Source: Eledone cirrhosa (Eukaryota). Taken from it: DNA of 64,000 bases. The notes under the pieces are model-generated. The model saw only the letters and a list, made by a program, of their open reading frames with translations. It searched no databases and was not told the DNA's origin. Position 1 is the first letter of the stretch; each line of letters begins with the position of its first letter. The translations under genes and the position numbers were made by a program. Below, one piece after another: positions 1-16,390 of this stretch. Location: assembly GCA_964016885.1 (NCBI GenBank), contig OZ024747.1:23560001-23624000 (forward strand), written 5' to 3'.

Positions 1-3958
<3,958 letters not shown>

Positions 3959-3960
<2 letters not shown>

Positions 3961-4805
3961 TACTCTTTTACTCTTTTACCTGTTTCAGCCATCCGGCTGA
4001 GGCCATGCTGGGGCACCGCCCTTGTTGCTACACATTTTATCTCCAGCCTGTATAGATTGGCCACTGGTGTAGGAGGGAGTTTGTTGCTGCTGCCCTTAGG
4101 TTTCCCTCGTGTCTTGCTGTGGGCTCATCCGGGATCCTGGATAACAAGGTGTCGAGATGTTTCTTAAAGACATCCACCTCCACGTCATGCAAGTCTCGCA
4201 GATGCCTCGGCAGCCTGTTGAAGAGTTGAGGGCCCTTGAATCCCAGGCTATTGCAATACCTGCTCCTTATTCTAGATGTGGAAGACGGGACCTTTGGCAC
4301 CACACAGTGACGTCCTGTTCGACGGTTGGTCCAGCTCCCAATGCCAAAGTTTGGTGCTAGTCCCTCCAGGATTTTCCACATGTAGATCACTGCGTATCTC
4401 TCCCGTCTTCGCTCCAAGGAGTAGAGGTTCAGTTCCTTCAGCCTCTCCCAGTAGCTTGTCTCCCTCATCTTGGCAATCCTCTTGGTGTAGCTTCGCTGGA
4501 TTGCCTCAAGCTCCGTGGTTAGTTTGATACTATGGGGTGACCACAGCTGGGAGCAGTAGTCCAGGCGGCTTAGGACAAAAGTCCTCCACAGTGTCAACGT
4601 GGTGTCTCGATCTCTTGTAAGGAAAGTCCTCAAGATCCAGCCAGCGAATCGTCTACATGCTGTCGCCACCTTCATGATGTGTGAAGAAAAAGATGCATCA
4701 TCGCTCATGTCTATGCCCAGGTCTCGTATCGATTTTGACACGGGGATATCGGTCCCTCCTGGTCCTGTGTAGCTGTGTTCCGCTATATTTGTGTTTGTGT
4801 TTGCA
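3959..4805 (-). mobile_element. 5'-truncated CR1/L2-group LINE: C-terminal ORF2 region, 3' UTR and (AAAAGAGT)n tail
   Basis: ORF 4037-4741 contains RDLGI, SRLDYCSQLWSP, LEAIQR and YWERLKELNLYSLERRRER, typical post-RT motifs of CR1/L2-group ORF2. The minus-strand 3' end reads ggcggtgccccagcatgg...gtaaaagagtaaaagagta. Confidence 0.85.
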
Positions 4806-4967
4806 GGTATATATATATTTATGTATATATATATGTATGTATATATATATGTATGTATATATGTACGTAATATATATATGTATGTATTATATATATATGT
4901 ATGTATTATATATATATATGTACGTAATATATATATGTATGTATTATATATATATGCATGTATTATC

Positions 4968-5116
4968 TGTTAGAACACGAAAAGTGTGAAACAACAGAAT
5001 GTTCACTTTTCGTGTTCTAACATATATGCCTAGCTTCTTCATAAAATTTTCGGGGATAGCCGTGGTGGTGGTGATCGTATGTCATTGGCTAATTTTCAAC
5101 CAATCAGAGTAAGTGT

Positions 5117-5118
<2 letters not shown>
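4968..5118. repeat. Small fold-back unit: 19-bp perfect inverted repeat plus ~96-nt tail, between TA-rich microsatellites
   Basis: tgttagaacacgaaaagtg (4968-4986) is the reverse complement of cacttttcgtgttctaaca (5004-5022). Confidence 0.6.
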
Positions 5119-5174
<56 letters not shown>

Positions 5175-6513
5175 CCCCCTCTCTCTATATATATCTTACG
5201 CTTTCGCTTTACACTCCTCCCCTTCAATAACACATTTCCCCCTCTCTATATATCTCTTCCACTGTTACTTACGCCTGTTTCTCTCTATCTGTTCCGTCTC
5301 TATATATATCTCTCTTACTCTTTCGCTTTGCACTCCTCCCCTTCAATACCATCTCTCCCCCTCTCTACATATTTGTTACTCTATCGCTGCACGCTCCTCT
5401 CCTTCAATATATCAATTACACACGCTTTACACTCCTTTATCCCCAGCGCCCATATATATACACCCCCTCCCGCATCTATATTTTAATGTTCCGCTGCACT
5501 GTGAATATATGTGTCTATATTTATATATATATATACACATATATATTGTATATACACATTCATGTATGTGTATACACACTCATGTATGTATATACACTGG
5601 TTTTATGTGTGTATTGTAAATTTGTACTGTTAAAACACGAAACTAACATTCGATTGACACTTTGATTACCTGTACAGGCAATAGTTATTAGAATGCTGTT
5701 GAAGTGTGTATATATTTTTGGGGGACATCCTGTATATTATATATAATACAATAAACAGATAAATACACACATATATATATGAGCTTATTTAATTATAAAT
5801 ATTGTGAATTTTTAACTCAGTTCAATTATATATATAAATGGCTTCTACAGGACTAGAACTGTTTCATTCGAAAGAAATCATCATAATATTGAGAGGGGGG
5901 ACTAGATAAAATATTTCAAATCAAATGTGTATAAGTTATAAGTTAAAATGTATAAATAGAGACGATAGTGGAGGTATATCTGTTTAGTGGAACAGTAGAC
6001 GATAGAATTAAATACAGACGAGAATCTCCCTTTAATGAAACAGCAGACGATAGAATTAAGGCAATTTAAATTTTAAACATTTGCATTTTTGCCTTTCATC
6101 GTTACGGGGTCGATAAAATAAAGTACCAGTAATACACTGTCACTATAAGTAGACGACTTTCAAATTGAATTGTTGGTTCCATTTCTTTAGTATTTTCAAT
6201 TGTAGTTATCTACTTAAAAAGCGTTACACGGTTAGAGACATAATTGGTAAGTTATATCTTCCCTATTAAACCATTGCATTATTTCGCCTACAATAGAACA
6301 AAAATGAAATGTTCTTTAAAGAAACAGGAATATAACTTTATAAAAAAAAAAGTTGCATCCGCTTCTTTTATCATTGATAATTTTTTCGTTTTAATATTAA
6401 TTGTTTTTTGTAGTTGTTTATATTAAAAATCTTACTTAAACGAAGGCAGACATCTAAACTTATAGATTAATCTTGAGCGAAGGACTAGATAAATCTCTCT
6501 CTCTCTCTCTCTC

Positions 6514-6800
6514 AACGAAGAATGATAACATTTCAAGCAAAGAGTTTAATTAGGTAATGACTTACAAATTTGTTTCAGTATATCTTTAATATAATATTAT
6601 TAACTAATTATTATAATTAGCGCTTCAGGCTTTGTCTATATACTGAAACAAATTTGTAAGTCATTACCTAATTAAACTCTTTGCTTGAAATTTTATCACT
6701 CTTCGTTTTGAATTTCTCCTAAGTATTCAATACTCTGTTGAGAAATACATTTTACATAAACAGTCTTTGTACCATTTATACGGTATTAATTACTTATATT
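6514..6800 (+). mobile_element. Fold-back element: 70-bp inverted arms, ~90-nt tail, partial hammerhead-like motif
   Basis: Arms 6514-6583 and 6638-6707 differ at 2 positions. The arm contains GAAA-CAAATTTG-TA (palindromic stem III plus NUH). Flanked by (TC)n and (TA)n. Confidence 0.65.
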
Positions 6801-6899
6801 TATATATATATATATATATATAGCGTATGATTAGAACTGTGTTTATTATTAATATTTTAATGGATTTAATGAAAAATTTTAGGTGTTCATATATATATT

Positions 6900-6963
6900 C
6901 TAAAAATGCGCGAAATCGTGAATCCGCGATAGTTGAACCGCCAAGTAGCGAGGTATCACTGTA
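6900..6963. mobile_element. Tc1/mariner (Tigger/pogo-like) terminal fragment
   Basis: cgcgatagttgaaccgc...agcgaggtatcactg|TA resembles a pogo/Tigger TIR ending at a TA target. Confidence 0.45.
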
Positions 6964-6989
6964 TATATGTTTAAATATATAGTGTAGCT

Positions 6990-7454
6990 GTGATGTATCT
7001 CGCGAGTGAATCGAGACCTGTCACTGATTTTGGTGTCCCCACTGCCGATGTGAATGAGCAACGCTGCACTTGTGAATTGGGTCTTGATGTTGCAGGCAGT
7101 TCATATACTTACAATGATGCGGTCCCACAAGCTTGTTCACATTCCTGTGCTAATAATCTAGATGGGCGTATTAAATTGGATGTGAAAGCAGCTTACCGGA
7201 TGCGGAATCGGGAGAAGTTGAGACAAAAACAGGCCGATTATAGAGCTGTGAATTTTGCTAAATTAACACAAAAACAGGCCAAGTATAGATGTTCAAAACG
7301 GTATGAGTTGGCAAACAAGCAGGCCAAGTATAGATCTGCAAATTCAGCTATTATATCTCAAAAGCAAGCCGAGCGTAGAGCTTCTAAACGTACCGAGTTG
7401 GCTAAAGAGCAGACCAAGTACAGATCTGCAAATATCTTATTGCACAAACAATAA
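6990..7454 (+). other. Open frame encoding basic 15-aa repeats (KQAxYR...); origin unknown, possibly TE- or virus-derived
   Basis: QKQADYRAVNFAKLT / QKQAKYRCSKRYELA / NKQAKYRSANSAIIS / QKQAERRASKRTELA / KEQTKYRSAN, with synonymous-type variation between DNA units. Confidence 0.4.
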
Positions 7455-7665
7455 TTCTGCACAAATGTTGCTCCATTATTAGATCTAATGTTGCAACGAT
7501 ACAGTTAAATGTTGTCTGTGTATTTTAAAAAAGATTTGCTTATAATCTTTTCAAATTTCATTACGCCAATGATTCAAGCTCAAATTGACATTATCTAAAA
7601 AATTGTACAAACAGCGGTGGATTAGCAGTAGTGAACAGATAAATCAGTCAATTTATTAAGATTGA

Positions 7666-8320
7666 CTTGGCATCAATCAGCAAGACCTTCATTAGCTGCT
7701 CTCCAGCCATCTATTTAAAGCTGTATACATCTATGGTACGAATACACTTGGAGTTCGCGTCATCAGTCTGGAACCCCTATCTTGCTCAGAACATTGACCT
7801 CCTGGAAACTGTTCAGAGACATGCAACCAAGCGCATACCCTCCATCAGACACCTACCATACCCTGAATATTTTGCTTCCCTCTGGCAATGGACTTGGTAA
7901 ACACCCACAAAGTTATTAACCATCCGACCAACAACAACCCCGAACACCTTTTTGATCTCCATGTGTCTAACACGTGGACATGCCTACAAAGTCAGAAAAC
8001 AACACAGCTCCCATGACTTTAGGAAATATTTCTTCATGCTCAGAGTTGCTGAAGGATGGAACAAACTTCCTGCATCAGTTGTTAGCTGATGACACACTGC
8101 ATCCTTTAAAACCATCATACATTCCGAAATACACCAAAACTACACCTGATGTCCCCCTTCCATACACATGCACATATGTGTATATCATGACTCATGCACT
8201 GTTCTTTTTTCCTGACGTTTTTATATTACCCTATGTATTATATATGCACTTTTGATGAGTTGTAGTGCACCTCAGCATTGTACACAATATTTTCATTATT
8301 ATTATCATTATTATTATTAC
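7666..8320 (+). mobile_element. Decayed CR1-group LINE 3' fragment (same family as 19135-20405)
   Basis: Aligns with 19736-20405 (LEFASSVWNPY, 3' UTR gatgagttgtagtgcacct, (ATT)n tail), with deletions. Confidence 0.85.
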
Positions 8321-9510
8321 ACTCATTGATCCATTTTGCACTAACTCTGCATCAAGCACCCTCACCTAAATATTAACCAATCAAGGATCCAATACAGCTA
8401 TCTGTTGGATGAGTATTGTATAGTGCCAAAAACGAAACCAATCAGTTTAGCAGAAAGTTTCCAGACAAGAAACACGCATATTTTGCTATCCTCAAACACG
8501 TTTACACATGGCATGAAATATAACTAATCCGAGATGGCTAGGTTTCATCTTCTAATTGGATATACGAAATCCATTATGTCTTGACAACAACATGAGGTAA
8601 CATTATGTTATTCACAGACACACTTTGTACACTGTTCCATATCAGAATGTATTTCCTTCGTCACATTCACAAACAGTATTGAAAATATGTTCTTCGGCAA
8701 ATAAAAATGTTTTGTTCATAATATTTCAACTAGCGATTGCTCTACTCCACGCACGACCACCATAAATTAATGACCAGCTCAACACAAGTATTGGTAGAGC
8801 GTCAGACACCATGCTTTGCAGTATTGTTATGGTCCTTTGCATTCTAAGTTCAAATCCTGCCGAGGTTAACTTCGACTTTCATACTTACTAATTCGATAAA
8901 ATAAAGTACCAGTAATGGACTGCCGTAATGGATTTGTGCCGAAAAATATAAACACTATTAATGTGCAATAAAAGCAAAATATAACGACATTGCTCAATTA
9001 TTTTATCTAATGTTGTAATAACACAAGGAAATGTTGTTTGTGTATTTTTTTTTATATTTGCTCATAGGCTTTTACAATTTTGCTCAGCCAACAACTATTA
9101 AAAAGTGAGTTGCTTAAGATAACAATTTAATCACAAATTGTTGCTATCTTTTAATACACTCCAACAAGTCATCAAATTATGTACAATAAAAACAAATCTT
9201 ATTAATTTGCTCAGGGAATATAAAGAAAATGTATATACACTGATAATTGCAATTGTATGTAAATATTTTGTTTTTGTATTGTTTATTTTATGTTTTCTAT
9301 TATGTATAATATATTGATTTAATATTGATTGTTTTTTGTAGTTGTTTATATTAAAAGTCTGAAAATATTTTTATACATCTTACACTAATATTTATAAGAT
9401 AATTTATAATAACAATTACATAATCTAATTACATTACAACGATAATTTATTATTAATATATATCCTGTTTAACTAGAGTTATTACAAGCGTTGCCTTAAC
9501 AAAATATTAA

Positions 9511-10467
9511 ACTAGACATGAAAAATGCGCAAGCTCAAAAGTGCCACAGAATGTTATAATAAACCTTCAAAAGTGTGGGACTAGAGTTGTTGCTAAACAA
9601 TATTGTAATCATTATATATCGTACATTCTGTGGCATCCTTTATAAAAATAGCTTAAACCAACGAAGCCTTTATTTTTACGCTATTTCACTTAGTTAATTC
9701 TTAGAGTGTAACATATAAAAATAAATACATCTATGTTTAATGTAATAACAGCTATAAATAATTACGTAATATTATTATCATATACTCATAGTAACAAAAT
9801 AATTGTGTTGAAAATTAATATGATGCTTATATGAACGATCAAATCTATAATGATAATTTCTTAAATATACTAATAGTAAAATAATTTAGTTATCTATTGT
9901 TACATTTTCATAGAACTATAATATTAACAATCGTATTGCATTATCAAATTTTTATCACTACAAACTTTCATATTGGAATTACCTTAAGCCACTTATTATT
10001 ACTTCGCTTTCGTACTTTTACAGCTGTAGATATTGCGCTGTATCTTATATCTAATATCAATATCTCATGGTAATTTGCATGCAGTGTAAAATAGGTTTAT
10101 TAATAACTTTAATATGAAATGTATTATACAGGGCTGCGGAGTCGGCCAAAAATTGACTGGCTCCAACTCAGGATCCGATACTCCATTATTTCCTAAATTT
10201 CAGCTCCGCAGCTCTGTTATTATATTAATTAATTTATTTTATAGTTGTAAATCATATTTTTATATGTTACACTCTAAGAATTAACTAAGTGAAATAGCGT
10301 AAAAATAAAGGCTTCGTTGGTTTAAGCTATTTTTATAAAGGATGCCACAGAATGTACGATATATAATGATTACAATATTGTTTAGCAACAACTCTAGTCC
10401 CACACTTTTGAAGGTTTATTATAACATTCTGTGGCACTTTTGAGCTTGCGCATTTTTCATGTCTAGT
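9511..10467. repeat. 213-bp apparently perfect inverted repeat with ~530-bp spacer; right arm abuts (TA)n
   Basis: 9511-9723 is the reverse complement of 10255-10467. Confidence 0.9.
10129..10216. mobile_element. hAT-type MITE
   Basis: TIRs cagggctgcggag / ctccgcagctctg. Near-identical 8-bp flanks gtattata / ttattata. Confidence 0.7.
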
Positions 10468-10581
10468 ATATATATGCATGTATTATATATATATGTATGT
10501 ATATGTATTATATATATATGTTTGTATTATATATATATATGTATTATATATATATGTATGTATTCTATATATATATGTATG

Positions 10582-10612
<31 letters not shown>

Positions 10613-10960
10613 GTATGTATGTGTATGTATATATATATATGTATATATATATATGTGTATGTATGTGTATGTATATATATATATGTATATGTGTATGTAT
10701 GTGTATGTATGTGTGTGTATGTATATATGTGTATGTATATATGTGTATGTATATATATGTATGTATATATATATGTATGTATATATATATGTATGTATAT
10801 ATATATGTATGTATATATATATATATGTATGTATATATATATATGTATGTATATATATATATGTATGTATATATATATATATGTATATATATGTATGTAT
10901 ATATATATATATGTATATATATGTATGTATATATATATGTATGTATATATGTATGTATAT
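10468..10960. repeat. (TA)n/(TATG)n microsatellite
   Basis: Direct inspection. Confidence 0.95.
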
Positions 10961-11224
10961 TGGTGCTACTGGTAACATGTATTCCAGTACAACCTGTCCC
11001 ATGGTCGGGTCGTTGGCGACTAAACTGGCAACCCCACCAAGGTTTCTTGGTGAGGAGGGTGACTTTGGACATCCTGCAGGACTAAAAACAAAACCTGTCA
11101 AAAGGCAAAGGAGCTCTTAAGAGTCAATGGCCATCCAAAATCACCGGGAGAGATGACCCCTTAGCCTTTGTCAAGGCAGAATTCTAGGAGAAGGAAAACT
11201 CTGATATAACACCTGCAACCCTGA
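10961..11224 (+). mobile_element. RTE-clade 5' UTR-like segment
   Basis: Contains ctggcaacccc and ctaggagaaggaaaactctga, motifs recalled from RTE-clade 5' UTRs. Not database-checked. Confidence 0.4.
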
Positions 11225-11404
11225 TGGTATCCAATGATGTTGACTTGTTCTTCTTTTTGGTAAATATCATCTTGGTTAAGAGAGTGGGACTGGCTTTGTG
11301 CAGTGCCTTTGCTCACTATAAAAGCTTCACGGCACAGGCATTGCTTTATATCTGGAGATCTCTCTGCATTTGTCGTCACATGGTACCATGGGCCCAACAC
11401 TATG

Positions 11405-11555
11405 TGTCAATAATTGTCACAAGTGTAGTGTTTGTACCAGAGCTTTCAAGTCGCTGGCTGGACTAAAAAGTCACACTCGTTCAGCGCATCAGTAGGGGTT
11501 CTCCTACATGGATATAAAGTAGTGGCCGTACTCGAAAACGAGTTGGCAGCCACCA
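11405..11555 (+). mobile_element. RTE-clade LINE 3' end (C-terminal C2H2 finger, 3' stem-loop, TA/TG tail)
   Basis: Translates [25 protein letters not shown]. Ends ctcgaaaacgag...gccacca followed by microsatellite. Second copy at 17796-17946. Confidence 0.75.
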
Positions 11556-11587
11556 TGTATATATATATGTATATATATGTATGTATG

Positions 11588-11676
<89 letters not shown>

Positions 11677-11699
11677 GTATGTATATGTATATATGTATG

Positions 11700-11736
<37 letters not shown>

Positions 11737-12147
11737 GTATGTATATGTATATATGTATGTATATGTATATATATGTATGTATATATATATGTATATATAT
11801 ATGTATATATATATGTATATATATATGTATATATATATGTATATATATATGTATATATATATGTATATATATATGTATGTATATATGTATATATGTATAT
11901 ATATATGTATGTATATATATATATATGTATATATATATATGTATGTATATATATATGTATGTATATATATATGTATGTATATATATATGTATGTATATAT
12001 ATATGTATGTATATATATATGTATGTATATATATATGTATGTATATATATATGTATGTATATATATCTATGTATGTATATATATATGTATGTATATATAT
12101 ATGTATGTATATATATCTATGTATGTATATATATATGTATGTATATA

Positions 12148-12180
<33 letters not shown>

Positions 12181-12205
12181 ATGTATGTATGTATGTATGT
12201 ATATG

Positions 12206-12244
<39 letters not shown>

Positions 12245-12459
12245 ATGTATGTATATGTATGTATATGTACGTATATATATATATATGTATGTATGTATAT
12301 GTATGTTTATGTATATTTACGTATTATGTATGTATATATATATATATTTATATATATATATGTGTTTGTGTTTATGTATATATATGCATTTATACATACC
12401 GCAAATATCTGTATATACATATGGAATTACACACACGCATATATCTATATCTATCTAGC

Positions 12460-12496
<37 letters not shown>

Positions 12497-12593
12497 GTGT
12501 TTGTGTTTATGTATATATATGCATTTATACATACCGCAAATATCTGTATATACATATGGAATTACACACACGCATATATCTATATCTATCTAG

Positions 12594-12638
<45 letters not shown>
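11556..12638. repeat. (TA)n/(TATG)n array containing a ~115-bp direct duplication
   Basis: 12346-12460 is repeated at 12481-12595. Confidence 0.9.
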
Positions 12639-12641
<3 letters not shown>

Positions 12642-12768
12642 AAAGTTAATATTTGTTATGTCTTCATTACGTCTATTGAGTAGTGACGCGCGTTTCGCTA
12701 TTGATCAGCTCAAGGTTCGATCTGTATCGATCGAGCCCCACTCTGGAATCAAAAGCTCGTGTTGGACT
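12639..12768 (-). mobile_element. Hammerhead-like motif-bearing repeat, copy 1, ending in (TA)n
   Basis: Reverse complement aligns with 52644-52781. Contains AGC-GAAA-CGCGCG-TC-actactca. Confidence 0.6.
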
Positions 12769-13401
12769 TTTACATTGTGTTAATTATTCTTTTCATTCGT
12801 TTATATACACGTGCGTGTGTGTATCTGTGTGTGTCTCTGAGTGTGTCTGTGTGCATGTGTGACAGTGTGTGGGCGGGGAGTGTACATAGTCTTGAAAATA
12901 TACCTCAGAAACTCAGAAATAGCAACAGCAAAAAACTGCAACCTCAGCTTATTTTAAACGATGAAAATTAGCTTAAAACTAAATCTGTGAACTTATCGAC
13001 AATCAACAGATCTCCAGCCGAAATCACTAATGGGATTATGTAACGAAGAAAATTACCGCGGGGGTGTGGGTGGAATTCCGAGTAAATCGGGGTAAAGAAA
13101 AAGAATGAAAGATTCAGTTTTGCATTAATTTGTTGGTAGAACAAAGTCGTGTTGAATTGTTTATTTGCTGCTTTCTTTTTTTTTCTTTTTTTCCCACTTC
13201 TCTCTAAACCTTTAGAAAAGATTTATAAAAATATTTGCGTGGGAAAACCAACAATTTTTGTCAGTCTATTTATATATTGAAAGATTTCCCTGTACAGACC
13301 ACAATTCTATTACATTACATTAAACCTCCATTTGAATCACATACATACATACATACATACATACATACATACATACATACATACATACATACATACACAC
13401 T

Positions 13402-13451
<50 letters not shown>

Positions 13452-13465
13452 GTATATATATATAT

Positions 13466-13510
<45 letters not shown>

Positions 13511-13786
13511 TTGCATTATGATCTGTTATTCTGCCTCATTCAATATAGTTAATCAGATTTCCGTACACATTCTGACAACGGCTCGTGTCATGTGAGAAAT
13601 ACTAACTAAAGTTAGTTTTTCGCTTGGTACAGTATAGGGCTTGCTGTTGTTGTTTTAACTGATTTTTCTTTTCCAGTCACACTTGATATACTCCAACCTT
13701 CAATTATGACAACGGTAGGTGATTTTCTGGTTACCTTATTTACTACAGCATATTGATAAATATGCTGGGTCCATCAACTCCTTATT

Positions 13787-13867
<81 letters not shown>

Positions 13868-14166
13868 TTTTATGTTTTGATTCCTCACATTTGTATATAG
13901 TTGTGTGTGTTTGTGTTTTTATGTATATATATATTCACAGTTGAAAATTGCAAACTTGACTGTCACCACACATTTAGAACCTGAAGATTGCGAAAGCATG
14001 AAAGTATTTGTTCAATCAACACTTAACATTTAATATTCTACCATACTATTTCATTCTAATACCATTATAAATTTTAAAGGATTGTAAATAAAACGAGTAA
14101 ATCAGACAAAGTTGGAATTCCTTTTATTAATATAATCTTCTATACACAATCATACACACCCGTGTA

Positions 14167-14207
<41 letters not shown>

Positions 14208-14210
<3 letters not shown>

Positions 14211-14974
14211 GCCTGTTCGGTAGGACTTTCGGCCCAGGACCAATGGACAACTTCCAGAAGTCACTGGCCTGGCAGTGCTACCGAGGGGCTCTACCCGTTC
14301 GAGAGAGGCTCTACAGACACGGGCGCCCGGGCAGGGATCCCTCAAAAAAGATTTGCCCTAGATGCGTGCGTCACGAAGAAACCGTGGCGCACGCATTGGT
14401 GCAATGTCCGGGCGTAGCTGATCTGTGGGGCTACGCCGAACAACTGCTGTCGCGGGTGGCGCCGATTAAATTGACCGCCGAGTCCGTGATGACAATCAAA
14501 CCGCCTCCCCTCTTCACAAAGGAAGCAAAGGCGGTTTTTCTGTGCGTAATAGCCATGTTGAAAGAGGTTGTTTGGTGGACACGATTGAAAGGTCTGAGGT
14601 CAGGCAACTTCCTCTCTGGCCATAGTCTGGTCTACTTCTTCCGATATCACTTCGGAAGAAGGATAAGAATGGAGAGAGAGGTGCTTGGCCACAGGCAGTT
14701 TTATGAAAGGTGGGTGATAGTGGCGAGAATGGCTCGTGTAAATGGGCCTTCTCTGTATACCATCCTGTAGGTAAAGAAGTAAAGGAGAGGGGAGCACCTT
14801 CTCCATGTGCTCCCCGGGCAAAGGATTGCACACTTTTTCGGGGGTGTGTGCAACCCCCATCACGTCCCCTCCCTTTTGAGGTTATTTTCATGTTACACCC
14901 TTTTTACTCGATTATATGTAAACTCCCCCTTTGTATTTGTCCCTTCTTTTTATGCCTTTATGGTAAATAAAGAA

Positions 14975-14975
<1 letters not shown>
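14208..14975 (+). mobile_element. 5'-truncated Tx1/L1-clade non-LTR element inserted in (TATC)n
   Basis: ORF has LPVRERL...CPRC...ETVAHALVQC...W (zf-RVT zinc knuckle of L1/Tx1 ORF2). 3' UTR ends aataaagaaa. (CTAT)n lies on both sides. Confidence 0.85.
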
Positions 14976-15040
<65 letters not shown>

Positions 15041-15359
15041 ATATATATATATATATATATATATGGTGATTAACTTCGAACAAGTCACAACTTTCGATAT
15101 TAAGTTTACTATTTCCAGCTAAATTACAACACACAGTTCCTGGTTAAAATCAGGTGTACAATAGTATCAGTAAAATCAAACCCGGCAGCACTTTCAAGTG
15201 TTTGTTGGTTTAATTAATTTCTTGGGGTGTTTTTGTTGAGTTTTGTTGTTGTTTTTTCTTTCTTTTTTTTTTTTTTTTTTTTTTGCTGATAAATACTAGG
15301 AGATTGTTTACAGGAGTGTTCACGCAAACACACTCATACATATATACATACATACGTAG

Positions 15360-15400
<41 letters not shown>

Positions 15401-15404
15401 CATA

Positions 15405-15545
15405 CAGTGTTGGATTTGGACAAATGAGACCCCTTATTTTGGCCCTGAAGACGGTAAAAAGTTTTCTGGCAGGAAGATGGCCCCTCCCTGGCCAACGAGA
15501 CCCTGTGCTTAAGCACACCTAAGCACAATGGTAAATTCGGCACTG
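15405..15545 (+). mobile_element. hAT-like MITE (family also at 20590-20770 and, inverted and partial, 21458-21507)
   Basis: TIRs cagtgttggattt / aaattcggcactg. Internal gccctgaag and ccctgtgcttaagcacacctaagca are shared with the 20590 copy. Confidence 0.7.
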
Positions 15546-15591
15546 TGTATGTATGTGTATATATATATATACATGCGTACATACATACACA

Positions 15592-16272
15592 CGAGACATG
15601 ATGTAGGGGCCAAACACTCTACAATACAATCCGTAAAAAGGATAGCCCTGAGAATAAACGTATAAAACGTTACAGTAATGTGGAGGGCATATGCCTACAT
15701 AATATGAAAGAGTTGTGGTGGTATGTTCCAGTCAAAACCCCAGTAAAATGCAAGCGGAACAGACAAAAGAAGATATACACAGTAGTAGAAATCAGCTGTC
15801 CAACAGATGTCAATATAATTGTTTCTACTTTAGGCACAAGGCCAGCAATTACCAGTGCATTACTGGTACTTTATTTTATCGACCCCGTAAGGATGAAAGG
15901 CAAAGTCAACCTCGGCGGGATTTGAACTCAGATCGTAAAGGGACGTAACTATGCTGGAAAGCATGGCGTCCGACCCTCTACCGAGATTACAAATCAGGGC
16001 TTCACAGAATCAGAAAGGGCACGGCTCGTTAGGAAGCTGCGTGTACAGTCCATTAATGGAACTGTAAAAATATGTGAAACATTTCAAAAATTCTGCATAT
16101 ATACATGTACAGATACAGAAACATGCACGTGTACACATATAGCTCAAAACATACAGATCCACACATACCTGCATACAGGCATACGTATTTATTAAGTTGA
16201 TGTTTAAATTCCAAAAGAATTTAGTTAGAAACCGACTTTCTCTCTACTGATGAAAATTTAAAAAATAATATA
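15592..16272 (+). mobile_element. Decayed R4/Dong-like RLE non-LTR 3' fragment interrupted by a SINE
   Basis: Homologous to 16678-17400 (HNMKE.WW.VPVKTP, TVVEISCP, INGTVKIC). SINE at 15815-15995. Short TAA-rich tail. Confidence 0.8.
15815..15995 (-). mobile_element. tRNA-derived SINE (MetaSINE-like), short subtype
   Basis: Reverse complement of ...gagttcaaatcccgccgaggttgactttgcctttcatccttacggggtcgataaaataaagtaccag...gtagaaacaattat (B box plus Meta-like domain). Confidence 0.85.
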
Positions 16273-16390
16273 ACGATGCATACACACATACATAGATACA
16301 TAGATACATAGATACATACATATACATACATAGATAGGTACATAGATACATACATAGATACATACATACATAGATACATACAAAAAAATC

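Noticed and set aside
6600-6640. Complete minus-strand hammerhead using CTGAAGC in the spacer of the 6.5-kb element
   Set aside because: The core deviates and stem I does not pair convincingly; only the 3' half is reported.
13000-13260. CpG-containing putative promoter
   Set aside because: Only a few CpGs and no diagnostic motif; cannot be linked to a transcript.
16246-16265. ctgatga as a hammerhead core
   Set aside because: No stem II, GAAA or stem III follows; it lies in the 3' UTR of the R4-like fragment.
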